The position numbers were made by a program, and so were the translations under genes. Below are positions 44,201 to 56,905 of a stretch of DNA of 64,000 nucleotides, piece by piece. Source of the DNA: Eledone cirrhosa (taxonomy: Eukaryota); the NCBI GenBank assembly GCA_964016885.1, contig OZ024740.1, forward strand, positions 411,370,001 through 411,434,000, given 5' to 3'. The notes below the pieces were generated by a model. It did no database searches and was not told the DNA's origin. It worked only from the letters and a program-made list of their open reading frames with translations. Every line of letters begins with the position of its first letter. The first letter of the stretch is position 1.

Positions 44201-44834
44201 ACTTAAGTGCAACCTATTTTCAAAGGTGGATTAAATAAAATGTATACTCGTTTAGCAGCCTATTGCTTTTTTCGACCATTGAATAAGAGAAAGGAAATCC
44301 GATTAAAGGTATTTCCAGTCTCTGACTCGGTTGATAAACCAGTGCATCAGTTTGGTCATTTTTATCAAATATATCCACATTTGTTCTTTATACGTAGTTT
44401 GTAAATGTAGTTTACATGTATATACTTGTGCAATAACGTTTGAAAGAATGTGCGTTGCCTATTTGAAGTTTCGTGGGCTACATCGTTAGAATCAGCATTG
44501 TTATCCTTGTGCAGAATGACAATATACATATATACTATACGGAATGGTAGTATAACTGTTATGCTTCAACTGTTGAGAAATGTTTAATCAAGTGTCCATA
44601 ATTTCGTATAATGACTATTATCCATTATAAACACATTTAGGTATTTGTACAATACGTCACGAGCATAAACACTCTGAGAAGAATTCGAAACATTAACATA
44701 TACCCATGCACACGTACACACATACACAGACAAAAATAACCAGGTAACTTACTTTTCGTTACTTCATCTTACAGTCCATTTTGCATTATTTAACCTTCTA
44801 TCGCTTCCACGTTATATATATATATATATATATC

Positions 44835-45197
44835 ACCTTGATCACCTTGACCGACCAGTCTGTCGGGCGCCATTCAGCGCCGCTGGTCACAGCATGTTGC
44901 TGTTTTAGTCATACAATGACGCCATCCCACTGGCTGGGCGGGCAGGCTGTAAGTCTAAAGTCTGTCTTAAGCCAGAGGGCTCATTTGGCTGGTGCTTATC
45001 CCGGCTTCATGGCGTTAAACGACTGAGAGCACAAGACTCCCCACATCGCAGGGTTACACCTCCAGCTATTGCTGGTACTCATTTTCAGCTGAGTAAACTG
45101 GAGTAACGGGAAATAATGTGTCTTGCTCAAGGAAACAACACATCACCCGGTCCGAGAATTGAAGACAATGCTCTAACCACTAAGCCATGCGCCTTCA
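44835..45197 (-). mobile_element. tRNA-derived SINE, second family
   Basis: Minus strand GGCGCATGGCTTAGTGGTTAGAGC A-box head followed by GTGTTGTTTCCTTGAGCAAGACAC. Confidence 0.8.
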
Positions 45198-45289
45198 CAC
45201 AGACACGCACACCCACACACATACGCACGCACACACACATATATATATATATATATTTAAAAAATAGAGGTGTAACACACGAGTTGTGA

Positions 45290-45489
45290 TATATTAGTAA
45301 AAGGAAAAGAAAATGGTGACAAATTTTTCCCAGTGAAAAATAGTTTAATTAGGAATAACTTAAAACTAAAACGGTAAAAACTTAAAACTAAAACTGAATA
45401 CTAACCAATACTTATTACTAATTTATACTTATTCCTAATTAAACTATTTTTCACTGGGAAAAGTTTGTCGGCATTTTCTTTTCCTTTTA

Positions 45490-45498
<9 letters not shown>
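45290..45498. repeat. Fold-back element (~70-bp arms) between TA tracts
   Basis: TATTAGTAAAAGGAAAAGAAAATG...TAATTAGGAATAA is mirrored at ~45428-45497. Confidence 0.85.
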
Positions 45499-45539
<41 letters not shown>

Positions 45540-45542
<3 letters not shown>

Positions 45543-48500
45543 TTGGGGAGGGTCATATTGGAGTAATATTGCCAGAATTAATAACAGAACACACTCACTG
45601 TTTGGTTGGTTTTCGCTTTTCGATTCTATGTCTTTTATATCGGTTAATTTAATTGAATTTATTCGGTCCTCAATGTTGCCAAAATTACAGATACAATATA
45701 GACACAAATACATATATATAGTCTATCAAAGTTCTTTCGTTGCACATCTGCAACATCGTCAGTGGTGCTATTGTTTCCTCCCGTTGCATTGTATTTTCTA
45801 CGCCATCCTTATTTAGTCTGTTTATATGTTTATTTATTTTTTTTTTTTTCTTCTTTGCGCATACGTTTGCGCGTGTGTGTATAGTATTTTGTTTGATGTG
45901 TGTTCGTGATTGGGTGACTGTGTATTGGTTAATGTATTCTATCTTTACTAGTGTGTGTTTATATGTGTTTGTTGTTATTGTGCTTGTGTATGTATTTATT
46001 TATTTATCTATATATTTATTTATTTATTTATTTTTTAATTTATACTTCTCTTAGGTCAGTGTTGTTTGGTTGGGTGTTGTTGTTATTCCATTCATTTTTT
46101 CTGTTTAGCCTTGACCTTCTAAGTTCTATTTCACTGGCCTCTCTGATTTGCCTATCTGCTGGGTCATTTCTATGTTTATATATTATTCTAATTTCTATGT
46201 TGTCTATGTTACCGTCGTATTGTTGTCTGGCATGTTCGTATAGTACTGAACCGTTTTTTCGTCCTTTTAGTTCCCCTCCCCCAGTGTTGGTCTATCCTTT
46301 CACCTATGCTACGAGCTGTCTCGCCTATGTATGTTGTTGTCATGTTTCTGCAAGTACCCTCTGTACATCTTATGCTATAGACTACGTTTCTAGTTTTACA
46401 GTTTATCCGGGGGTTTACCTTACATATGATAATTTCCTATTAATAGGAAATGTATCATAACACTATACACACACGCAAACGCATGCGCAAAGAAGACAAA
46501 CAAAAAAATAAATAAACATATAAACAGACTAAATAAAGATGGCGTAGAAAATACGATGCAACGGGAGGAAACAATAGCACCACTGACAATGTTGCAGATG
46601 TGCAACGAAAGAACTTTGATATACTATATATATGTGTTTGTGTCTATATTGTATCTGTATTTGTGACCGTTGGTCAGTCAATGGCAACATTGAGGACCGA
46701 ATAAATTAAATTAAATTAACCGATATAAAAGACATAGAAGCGAAAGGCGAAAACCAACCAAACAGTGAGTGTGTTCTGTTATTAATTCTGGCAATATTAC
46801 ACAAATATGACCCTCCCCAAGTATAACAATATTTGTTTCGACACACGATTTCATATAAAAAAAACTCGCAAAACTAATGCATCGCCGTTATGGCATTAGC
46901 TTGTGCCAAGCTGAAAGGTTATTGAAAGACACTGTTTTCTGTTATATAAAAACTACAATAACAGCAGAACAAATCCGCTTCTTAAAACACTGTGTTTCCT
47001 CCAAAATCTACACAACAAACATATCAAAACATGTAAATAATTTATTATTGAACAAAACACAAGCTGAACGACTAAAACACACAATAACAGTTAATATGAA
47101 AAGAACAACATACACAAAAGTTAACGAACTTTACAGACAGAAACGCATTAACGGTAAGGAAGTCCGAAATCTCACCACAACAAACGAGAGGAATGACTTC
47201 ATGAGCGTCATCCGACGTGAAACGAAATACGCCCGAAACGAATGCAATAGGCATATCAATAAGAAATTAGAATGGATGAATAAGAATAAACTAGAAGAAA
47301 GAAAAATAGAATATTCTCAAAAATACCCAGATGAAATCAACAATATCCGTATGACTGATGTAAAACTACCGGAAGAATTTACCAATGACCACACAGTAAA
47401 TATGTATGGGAACACTTTAATCAGTGAACAAGAACAACAAATCCTGCAGCTACCACCAAAATTTGCTATCTACAAAAAGATTAACCCTATTGAGTGCAAA
47501 ACGGAGCTGGAAAAGTGTTTCACAAAAATACGTTAGAATGCAAAAGTAAACAACAACAACAACTATACGGACAACAACAACAATAATAACGGTAGTAGTA
47601 ATATAAACAATAACTCTGAGTATAGAAATAACAGCTATAATAGTAATAGTTATAAAAATAACAATAACAGGAGAGTGAGAAATAGTAATAATGGTAATAA
47701 TATTAACGATAGACAGAACAACAACAACAACCACAATAATAATAATAATAGAAACATTAACTACAGACACAGCAGCAGCGACCACAGTAGTAATAACGGT
47801 AACAATACAAATAACAACAACAACCACACTGGTAATAATAGAAATAATACATGTAGCAACATTAATGATAGACACAACAAAAACAAGAAAGATAATAAAA
47901 TTAACAACCACAATGGTAGAAATAACAGTAACAACAACAATAACAGTGGAGAAAACAACAACAATACATCTAACAATCACAGCAACAATACATCTAGCAA
48001 TCATAACGACAATACATCTAACAATCACAGCAAGAATACATCTAGCAATCATAACAATAATAATAATGCTAATGATAGGAACAACAACAACCACCATAAT
48101 AACAATAATAGCAACACACACAACTATGACGATAGATATAATGACAACGCCTTAGAGAAACTATTCTTCAACCCAGCTGACAAAACATATAAGATGGGTA
48201 ATATCTATCCTACGAGGTCACCCTTTAATAAAAGAGTTTGCATACCACAACACATAGATGACGAGACAGAGGCACAGTTCACCATAGCTAGAAATAAGAT
48301 TAGACAAATAGTAGACCGGTATACTAAGAGACAGAGCAGACCAGAGGTCCAACATCTTGGGAGGAAACCTGTATAAGGCTTGGTTAGCCTCAAGCAGCGC
48401 ACAAGGGATGGTGAGGTAGTATGTCTACCCACGGATAAGTCTGGTAGGATGTCAATAGACAGCATGCCGAACAACATCAAGGCTATGCAACCCCACATCA

Positions 48501-51137
48501 CCAACACGAGCGAAATTGCACAGCAAATACATGATGGGAGAGAGAAAATCCTCAACACTCACATGGTGATGTGGATTGACATCCTAAAGCCAAGTAGAGG
48601 CACTGCCAACAACTTCCAGGCGTCCAACAATAGCATACCACCCTTGTATGGGCTCCGCAAAGACCACAAGACAGACGACGACCCGACAACAGAACCACCA
48701 ACAAGACCCGTATGCGGAGCAAATATAGTTAGCAACTACAGGAACTCCTACTTCACTCAATGGTTATACGCCCCATAATCAAGATGTCCCCAGATGTATG
48801 TGACAGTACAGAGGACCTCCTCAGCAGATTCAGTGAGTGCAACAAAAACAGGAACCTATCCAACTGCATAATAGGCAGCATGGATGTGGTATCACTGTAC
48901 CCATCCATTAACATTGATTTTGCTGTAGAAAAAATGTGTGGAGATGATCATTGAGAGTGAAGTGGAATTCTGTGACGTCAATACAGACGAACTGGGCCTC
49001 CTACTTAGACTTCGTACGACACTGACTACCTAGACAGCCATGACCTTAGACGTTTCTGCCCCAGTAGACCCATAAGAGGTAGACCCCCCAACCATAACCT
49101 CAATCGCTAAAAAGACTCCCATGGGAAGGTAGATTGGGTGGACCAAAGCTATACGGACACCCCAAAATAATGATCAGGTAAGAAAAATTGTCGCACATGC
49201 AATAGGGGCTAGTATCAAAACTACCCTAAAGTGCCACATATTCAAGTTCAACGAGAAGATCTACACCCAAAATGAGGGAGCAGCCATTGGCGTCAGCATA
49301 GCTGGTGACGTTGCCAACCTTTTTATGGTATGGTGGGAAAGGAGACTTAAAGATCTCCTTAATGAGAGCTCCATAGACCTCATCATGTACTCTGGTTACG
49401 TAGACGATATCAATATAGTTATAAGAACATCCCCACAAGAGAGCACTAAAAGTTTGATTTAGAACGTAGCACAATGGAAAGCATCCAGCAGATAGCTAAT
49501 TCCATACACCAGAGTATAACTGTAACTATGAACTACCCTTCCAAACACCCTAACAATGGACTACCTGTATTAGACACGGAACTCTGGATTAACACTATAG
49601 ACGAGAGAGCCCAAATTCTCCACTCGCACTATGCTAAACCCATGGCCTCCAAATACCTGATACTCAAAAACTCAGCAATGTCCAGTAGTGCTAAGTTTAA
49701 TATTCTGATCGCACACTTGGTACGAGTGATTAAGAATGTGTCCCACATGTGAGACCCAACAGAAATGGAAAGACACATCCAACACTTCATCAACCGCATG
49801 CAGTTCTCTGGCTACAAACAAAGAGACAGAATCAGAGTATACGAAGGAGCCACGGAGAAGTAGAAGACCCTCATAGAACTGGACATGAAAGGAATTTGCC
49901 CATTATACAGGAGCAAATCATGGAATAGCTTAGATAGGGCTAGACATAAGATAGGGAAAGCCACCTCATGGTACGACAACCAGAGATACCAGAGTGTCAT
50001 CTTTATGGACGCTACCCCTGGAGGGAAATTAGCTAAACCAGTGTAGTAAGGTCCTGAGAAAGACCCACTTAAAGATTAAGGTGGTAGAAAATCCAGGAAC
50101 CACCATAAAATCCCTGATCAGCAAAACCTACCCTTTTAAGAAAACCCACTGTACTAATAGGAAATGTATCATATGTAAAGTAAACCTCCGGATAAACTGT
50201 AAAACTAGAAACGTAGTCTATAGCATAAGATGTACAGAGGGTACTTGCAGAAACATGACAACAACATAATAGGCGAGACAGCTCGTAGCATAGGTGAAAG
50301 GATAGACCAACACTGGGGGGAACTAAAAGGAAGAAAAAACGGTTCAGTACTATGCAAACATGCCAGACAACAACACGATGGTAACATAGACAAAATAGAA
50401 ATTAGAATAATATCTAAACATAGAAATGACCCAGTAGATAGGCAAATCAGGGAGGCCAGTGAGATAGAACTTAGAAGGCCAATGCTAAACAGAAAAAAAT
50501 GAATGGAATAACAACAACACCCACACAAACAACACTGATCTAAGAGTAGTATAAATAAAAATAAAAAAAAAAATAAATAAATAAATAGATAAATAAATAA
50601 ATACATACACAAGCACAATAACAACAAACACATATAAACACACACTAGTAAAGATAGAATACATTAACCAAATCACAGTCACCCAATCACAAACACACAT
50701 CAAACAAAACACTATACACACACGCAAACGCATGCGCAAAGAAGACAAAAATATAAATAAATAAATAAACAAATAAATAAACATATAAACAGACTAAATA
50801 AAGATGGCGTAGAAAATACAATGCAACGGGAGGAAACAATAGCACCACCGACGTGGTTGCAGATGTGCAACGAAAGAACTTTGATAGACTATATATATGT
50901 GTTTGTGTCTATATTGTATCTGTATTTTTGACCGTTGGTCAGTCAATGGCAACATTGAGGACCGAATAAATTAAATTAAATTAACCGATATAAAAGATAT
51001 AGAAGCGAAAAGCGAAAACCAACCAAACAGTGAGTGTGTTCTATTATTAATTCTGGCAATATTACACAAATATGACCCTCCCCAAGTATAACAATATTTG
51101 TTTCGACACACGATTTCATATCAAAAACCTCGCAAAA
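45540..51137 (+). mobile_element. PLE family B, full-length structure: inverted arm (45540-46444), 5' pLTR (46459-46873), ORF, 3' pLTR
   Basis: Direct repeat at 46459-46873 / 50708-51137; inverted copy of ~50155-51088; small palindromic junction at 46426-46458; TA flanks. Confidence 0.95.
46877..50502 (+). pseudogene. PLE-B ORF (N-terminal domain, Asn-rich insert, RT, GIY-YIG) with multiple stops and frameshifts
   Basis: LQLPPKFA, PTDKSGR, LYGLRKDHK, RPVCGA, DVVSLYPSI, YVDDI, LPVLD, VVY..IGETARS..R..QH, RQIREA, LNRK. Confidence 0.92.
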
Positions 51138-51226
51138 GTATGTATATATATATATATAAATATATATATATATAAATATATATATATATAGCCAATCTAG
51201 TCCCTTACGATATGAACACATATATG

Positions 51227-51271
<45 letters not shown>

Positions 51272-51633
51272 GTGTGTGTCGGTGTGTCCGTGTGTATATA
51301 TATATATATAAATGTATGTATATATACTTGTTTGTATGTACATTACATATGTATGCGTTGCTTTTCGTTTAAACGTAACCATGCCAGAACGGATATATTT
51401 TAAAGTAGCTACCGCATATAAATGAACACTATTCATTCAAATTCACGCATATATGAAATCATTCACAGACAAACACATACACTTCGACACACACTGATAG
51501 AAAAGGAAAAAATCGTCCATGCACAGAAAGCACATTTCCGATCATGGTGTGTTTTTTATTCAACTATAAGTTAATGTTCGTTTCTTCATACAATAAGAAT
51601 ACTTATAATATATTATATATATATATATATGTA

Positions 51634-51676
<43 letters not shown>

Positions 51677-51791
51677 ATACATATATATATATACATATAT
51701 ATACATATATATATGTATATATATATGTATGTATATATATATAAATATATGCAAGTGTGTGTGTGCGCGCGCGCCGTGTGTCTATATATAT

Positions 51792-51827
<36 letters not shown>

Positions 51828-51831
<4 letters not shown>

Positions 51832-52030
51832 GGAAAAAATGAAACGAAATTTCATTTCCCACTCTTAGTATGGCTGTTACTTAAATATAAGTATGTATAC
51901 GTACATACATATATGTATAGTATACAGACGTACAGTAGTATGTATATATATATACATACATGCACACATATATATATGTACGTATGGATTCACCGAACAT
52001 TTATTATAATGCTCGGTGTGTTTGTCCCAT
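51828..52030 (-). mobile_element. Diverged 3' fragment of the R1 family
   Basis: AAATGAAACGAAATTTCATTTCCCACTCTTAGTATGGC...ACTTAAAT matches 15462-15512 and continues into the R1 body. Confidence 0.75.
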
Positions 52031-52077
52031 AAGAAAATTTATTCTTAAAGCTTGCTAGATTTGATCTTGTATATGGT

Positions 52078-52145
<68 letters not shown>

Positions 52146-52518
52146 CGCGCCCACTCATGCACACATATATTTTATACTTTGGCGTATGTATGTGTATGAG
52201 GGAATCCCTACAATATGAAAACCTGCAAATGTTCAATGAGAAGAATAACGCTATAATTGAAGGTGATTGTCGATCAAGTGATTTCAAACTACTTTTGAAG
52301 AAGAAAATAAATCTTTTAAATACCAAGCAATTGCAATTTAGTTTAATTCTTTTACGTTAAAGCGAACAACATAAGCTCATTTAATTAGGATAAAGCTATC
52401 ACAATAAAATGTCAACCATAATTCTATTTTATGAACACGTCAATATATACATGCGCATACATATAATTTCAAACATACATACACACACACACACAAACAC
52501 ACCCACTCACCCACCTCC

Positions 52519-52597
<79 letters not shown>

Positions 52598-52598
52598 T

Positions 52599-52629
<31 letters not shown>

Positions 52630-53036
52630 AGACATTCAGACATAGATAAATACATTCATACGTACGCACGCATGTACATACATACATATATATACGTACG
52701 TTCATACATACACGTATGCACATATGTCATGAAGCATGCAATTAGCCCAGAGTATTATCAGTTTGGTAGTAAAGTCAGAGAGAGAGAGAGAGAAAGAGAG
52801 AGAGAGGGAGAGAGAGAAAGAGAGAGAGAGAGAAAGAGAGGTGGGGCTATATGACTGAATGCTAGAGTGCGAGTGTACACGTGCGTGTCTGTGACTACAC
52901 CCATTAGCTGAGCGCTTTTTGTGTAGATATAATCCGGAATACTTTTGAGTGTAGCAGAATCACCATCTGAGATAGCAATGCCGGAGTATGAGACTCACTT
53001 GAGATTTTAGCAGGTCTGCAAGTGATGGGGTGAGAT

Positions 53037-53099
53037 GTTTGGATCTAGGCGTAGTTTTGTTGCATTCTCGATGCAACAAAACTACGCCTAGATCCAAAC
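53037..53099. repeat. Perfect 29-bp hairpin with a 5-nt loop
   Basis: GTTTGGATCTAGGCGTAGTTTTGTTGCAT-TCTCG-ATGCAACAAAACTACGCCTAGATCCAAAC. Confidence 0.95.
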
Positions 53100-54183
53100 T
53101 GCAATACTAGCTATTTTAAGGATGTTAGCTCACTACGAAGTATCATTAGAGATTGTGAAGTCAAACATTTAGAGCCATCACGAAAAGTCTATCTGCGATC
53201 TGCCTAGGTTTAATGAAACTGGGGTGTGATGATATTCTATTGGTACTAGCAGATCTTTGGTTTGTTTTTTTGTATTTCTAACTGTGGAATGTTGGCACTT
53301 GCTGCCGCTGTCTCATGGAGTAAGTGACTGCTCAGTGTGTGATTTCGTGACTGCATGTGACTCATAAAAGATTGAAGGGTGGAATCTTCTGCATAAATTC
53401 TTTTGCTTTGTAAAATTATACGTTGTTTAAAATGAATATCGAGGTTTTGTAAAAATTGAGAATCTCAAACCTGGCTTTCCTAAGACTGCCTAATATTAAT
53501 GTAGAACTAGAATTGACGAAAATCCTTTCTCTAACAAGAATCGCCGTAGACAACTGCTCAGTAAGCACATTATACGCATGTGAGTCCTTCTCATAAAAGC
53601 TATCTATTTTTCGTCACAATTTCGTTGTGTCTTTTTTTTTTTATTAATCTTATAACATGTCTTGTCCCTAACATTTGTGAGGTAAGTAAATCGTCTAACA
53701 ATACAGTTTTATGAAAGTATACAATCACTCGTTTGTATGGAAAACAATCGTTATAAGTCCATCGAAACGATTTGGCGTTTATGTAACTAGCGGTAATTAT
53801 ATACAAAAATTATTGTATTATGTCGGCTTCTATCGAGTACAGGTAAATTTTACGAAACATTTTAGTGACATTACGAAGCTCAGGATATGTAAATGTAATA
53901 TGTTTATAACTCAGATATATTAGTATTTTTTAAATCATTATTACGTCTATTTTCTGTATGTTTTTTTTTATTCACACATTGCAAGATATTTCTCTCTCTT
54001 TAAAATCTGAAGGTAACTGATAACTTTTACGATTTCAGTCAATAAAATTAGCGACATGAACGTTGCCTTCAGATATATATATATAGTATGAGTGTATGGC
54101 TACTCTTTTGATTTCTGATTTCTCTTGAATAGAGTCATATGTTGTCCTGACAACTCAATATCCAATCATCTTAATTATACACA

Positions 54184-54229
<46 letters not shown>

Positions 54230-54310
54230 CATACACACCCACACCCACACAGACACACACCCACACACCCACACAGACACACACACGCGCGCGCGGACAC
54301 ACACACACAG

Positions 54311-54342
<32 letters not shown>

Positions 54343-54467
54343 GAATGTATGTATAGTATATTTGGCAATTGCCGTATATTTAATTAAAACATTTAGAAGA
54401 CTATACGCTATCAGTTTTAAAGTAGTGACTATGTCACTTACTTCTTTTCGGCGAAAGAAGGGAGAGC

Positions 54468-54509
54468 AGCTGACAGTCTGTTTCACGCTGGTTGGCGTTC
54501 ATCAGAGCC
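54468..54509 (-). ncRNA. Type I hammerhead ribozyme, intact core
   Basis: GGCU-CUGAUGA-ACGC(CAACCA)GCGU-GAAA-CAG(A)CUG-UC^AGCU; GUC cleavage site. Confidence 0.9.
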
Positions 54510-54902
54510 ACGTACTCCCCTGACTTCGCCGATGTATATGTATACATATGCATATATGAGGGCCGGCCTACTAGAGGTTAACATGCTGTTGTCGGTCCTC
54601 CTTTCGATAAACTATAGTCGCTGCTTGTCTTTATCTCTACAAATTCTATCTGAAGATTTCGGGCGGATGGCAACGGCGTGGTGATTACATCACCTAAAGA
54701 TCGACCCTAGAAAAATATGTATACTAGCTTATTGGAGTACATTTATGAAGAACTTATGGTCTTCGCTATTATCTACTGTATGTTTATAGATATATATAAT
54801 CAATGAAAAAAGAGTTCGTTGATTTGTAGTAAACTGATTATTATGTATAACAGCTGCCATGCACTCTACGGTATGAATTTATCCGGAGTTATTATATATA
54901 TA

Positions 54903-55010
54903 ATCCCGCCGAGGTTAACTTTGCCTTTCATCCTTACGGGGTCGATAAAATAAAGCATCAGTAATACACTGGGGTAATTGCTGGCCTTGTGCCAAAAGTA
55001 GAAACAATTA
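54903..55010 (+). mobile_element. SINE S1, 5'-truncated
   Basis: S1 body and tail. Confidence 0.8.
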
Positions 55011-55518
55011 TATAATAAAGTAAGGAGTGCGGGATTGCGTCCTGAATATATTTTCATACCCCCGTTTGTAAAATAAGTTGGATTACATTGAATAAATAAT
55101 GAATGATTATTACATAATTGATGTACTAAATTGTGTAACTCTTGATTAAATATAAATAATTTTATTGCTTATTTCAAGATTCACTACTTTTAACATTTTC
55201 AAATGTTAATACATCCGGTTATGTTATAATGGTCGCTATATCACATCGCATATATATCCGTCTCTAATTTTCTCCTTTTTCGTTTTCATAAAATATTGAC
55301 GTGATGCAGTTTATATATGATATTTTTAAATGTATCATGGATTACTTTACTGATTACAGAAGAGAGTGTAACACAATCTCTCTAAAATTTCTCTGCATAT
55401 TGTCAATCACGATTATATTTTCGATATCATATCTACATGCATATATATTTTTGCATATAATATCAATATGCACATCACACATACTAGCAGAAAACCACCT
55501 GAAGGATGGTTTTTCTGC

Positions 55519-55590
<72 letters not shown>

Positions 55591-55591
<1 letters not shown>

Positions 55592-55720
55592 TAAACACTA
55601 AAGATGCATGTGTGAGTATGTATGTTCTTTCTTGAACATGGCGGACCTTGTTGTCTCCTGAGGTCACTGGTTGTGACTTGGTGATAACTCGTATGAACAT
55701 AAAGCAAGATAAATGCAACT

Positions 55721-55770
<50 letters not shown>
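55591..55770 (+). mobile_element. Probable short 3' end of an R4/Dong-like element inserted in (TAA)n
   Basis: CCTGAGGTCACTGGTTGTGACTTG resembles the post-stop sequence at 60296 (CTGAGGCTGCAGGTAGTGGCTTG); TAA tracts on both sides. Confidence 0.5.
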
Positions 55771-55771
<1 letters not shown>

Positions 55772-56603
55772 GAGGAAGGCATCAAAATATATAGATAGAC
55801 CCAAAAGAAAAAAGAAAAAACAAACAACAAAACCAAAGCAGCACAGCAACAACAGCAAAAAACGAGAAAAACAAACAGAGAAAAACAAAAACAAAAAAAA
55901 GAAACCCCAAAAACGTAAAGAAAATATATTGTTATAAGGCTCAAAACGTAAAGAAAATATATTGTTATAAGGCTCAAAACGTAAAGAAAATATATTGTTA
56001 TAAGGCTCAAATATTCAAATATTCAACTTTGTATTGTACACTGTATATCCAAAAAAAAAAAAATGGCTATAAATGGAAGAAGAACCCCTCCCCTCCTCTC
56101 CTCTGGCTACACTATATAGGACAGCTAAACTCACCAACACCAGAAACTAGATACACCACCCACCCCATCATCTGTGTACACTAAATACAACAGCCAGATA
56201 ACGACACATTTTCACCTTCACCGCCACCGCTCACTACGGCCATCATTACCACCACTATCCCAGCACCGCCGCCACCACCCCTTGACTCCGCTACAGCACC
56301 ATCACTACAGTAATACGGTCACATCACCGCCACCACTGCCTCGGTATCGACATCACCACCACCACTGTCTCAGTATCGCTAACGCCGCCAGTCTCCCACT
56401 TCCCTGCTGGCTGCTACTTCCACATTATAGAATTCCTACTACTAACAAAGAGGAAGGCATCAAAATATATAGATAGACCCAAAAGAAAAAAGAAAAAACA
56501 AACAACAAAACCAAAGCAGCACAGCAACAACAGCAAAAAACGAGAAAAACAAACAGAGAAAAACAAAAACAAAAAAAGAAACCCCAAAAACGTAAAGAAA
56601 ATA
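55771..56603 (+). repeat. ~155-bp direct duplication (55771-55925 / 56449-56603) and a 3x33-bp tandem repeat (55910-56008)
   Basis: Direct reading. Confidence 0.9.
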
Positions 56604-56905
56604 AGAATGAAGAGAGAAGCAGGCGGACGGACAGAGAAGAGGGGGGAAAAAGTAAAACTTAAAAAACTAAAACTAAGTCAGACATTCGAACACTACATTA
56701 CAATGAAACTTATGCTTATTCATTTCTGGGGCCCTTTCTGCCTGTGTGTTTGTTTGTTTATGTGTGTTCGTATACAGCGTGGTGATAATGCCACACAAGG
56801 GCCAAGTGGGATGGCGGATCCACAGATGGCTATGTAAACATACATTCGCCAATCCTCGATAAGAGTGTTTAAATATCGAACATAAACAGTTCGAATAACG
56901 GTGAA

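Noticed and set aside
49750-49752. TGA at a position that is TGC (Cys) in the other PLE-B copy, suggesting selenocysteine as in some PLE clades
   Set aside because: A single site in a copy with many lesions; Zn-finger cysteines use TGT/TGC; no SECIS recognised.
55910-56008. 33-bp repeats resembling a CRISPR array
   Set aside because: Contiguous tandem copies without spacers, in a eukaryotic context.
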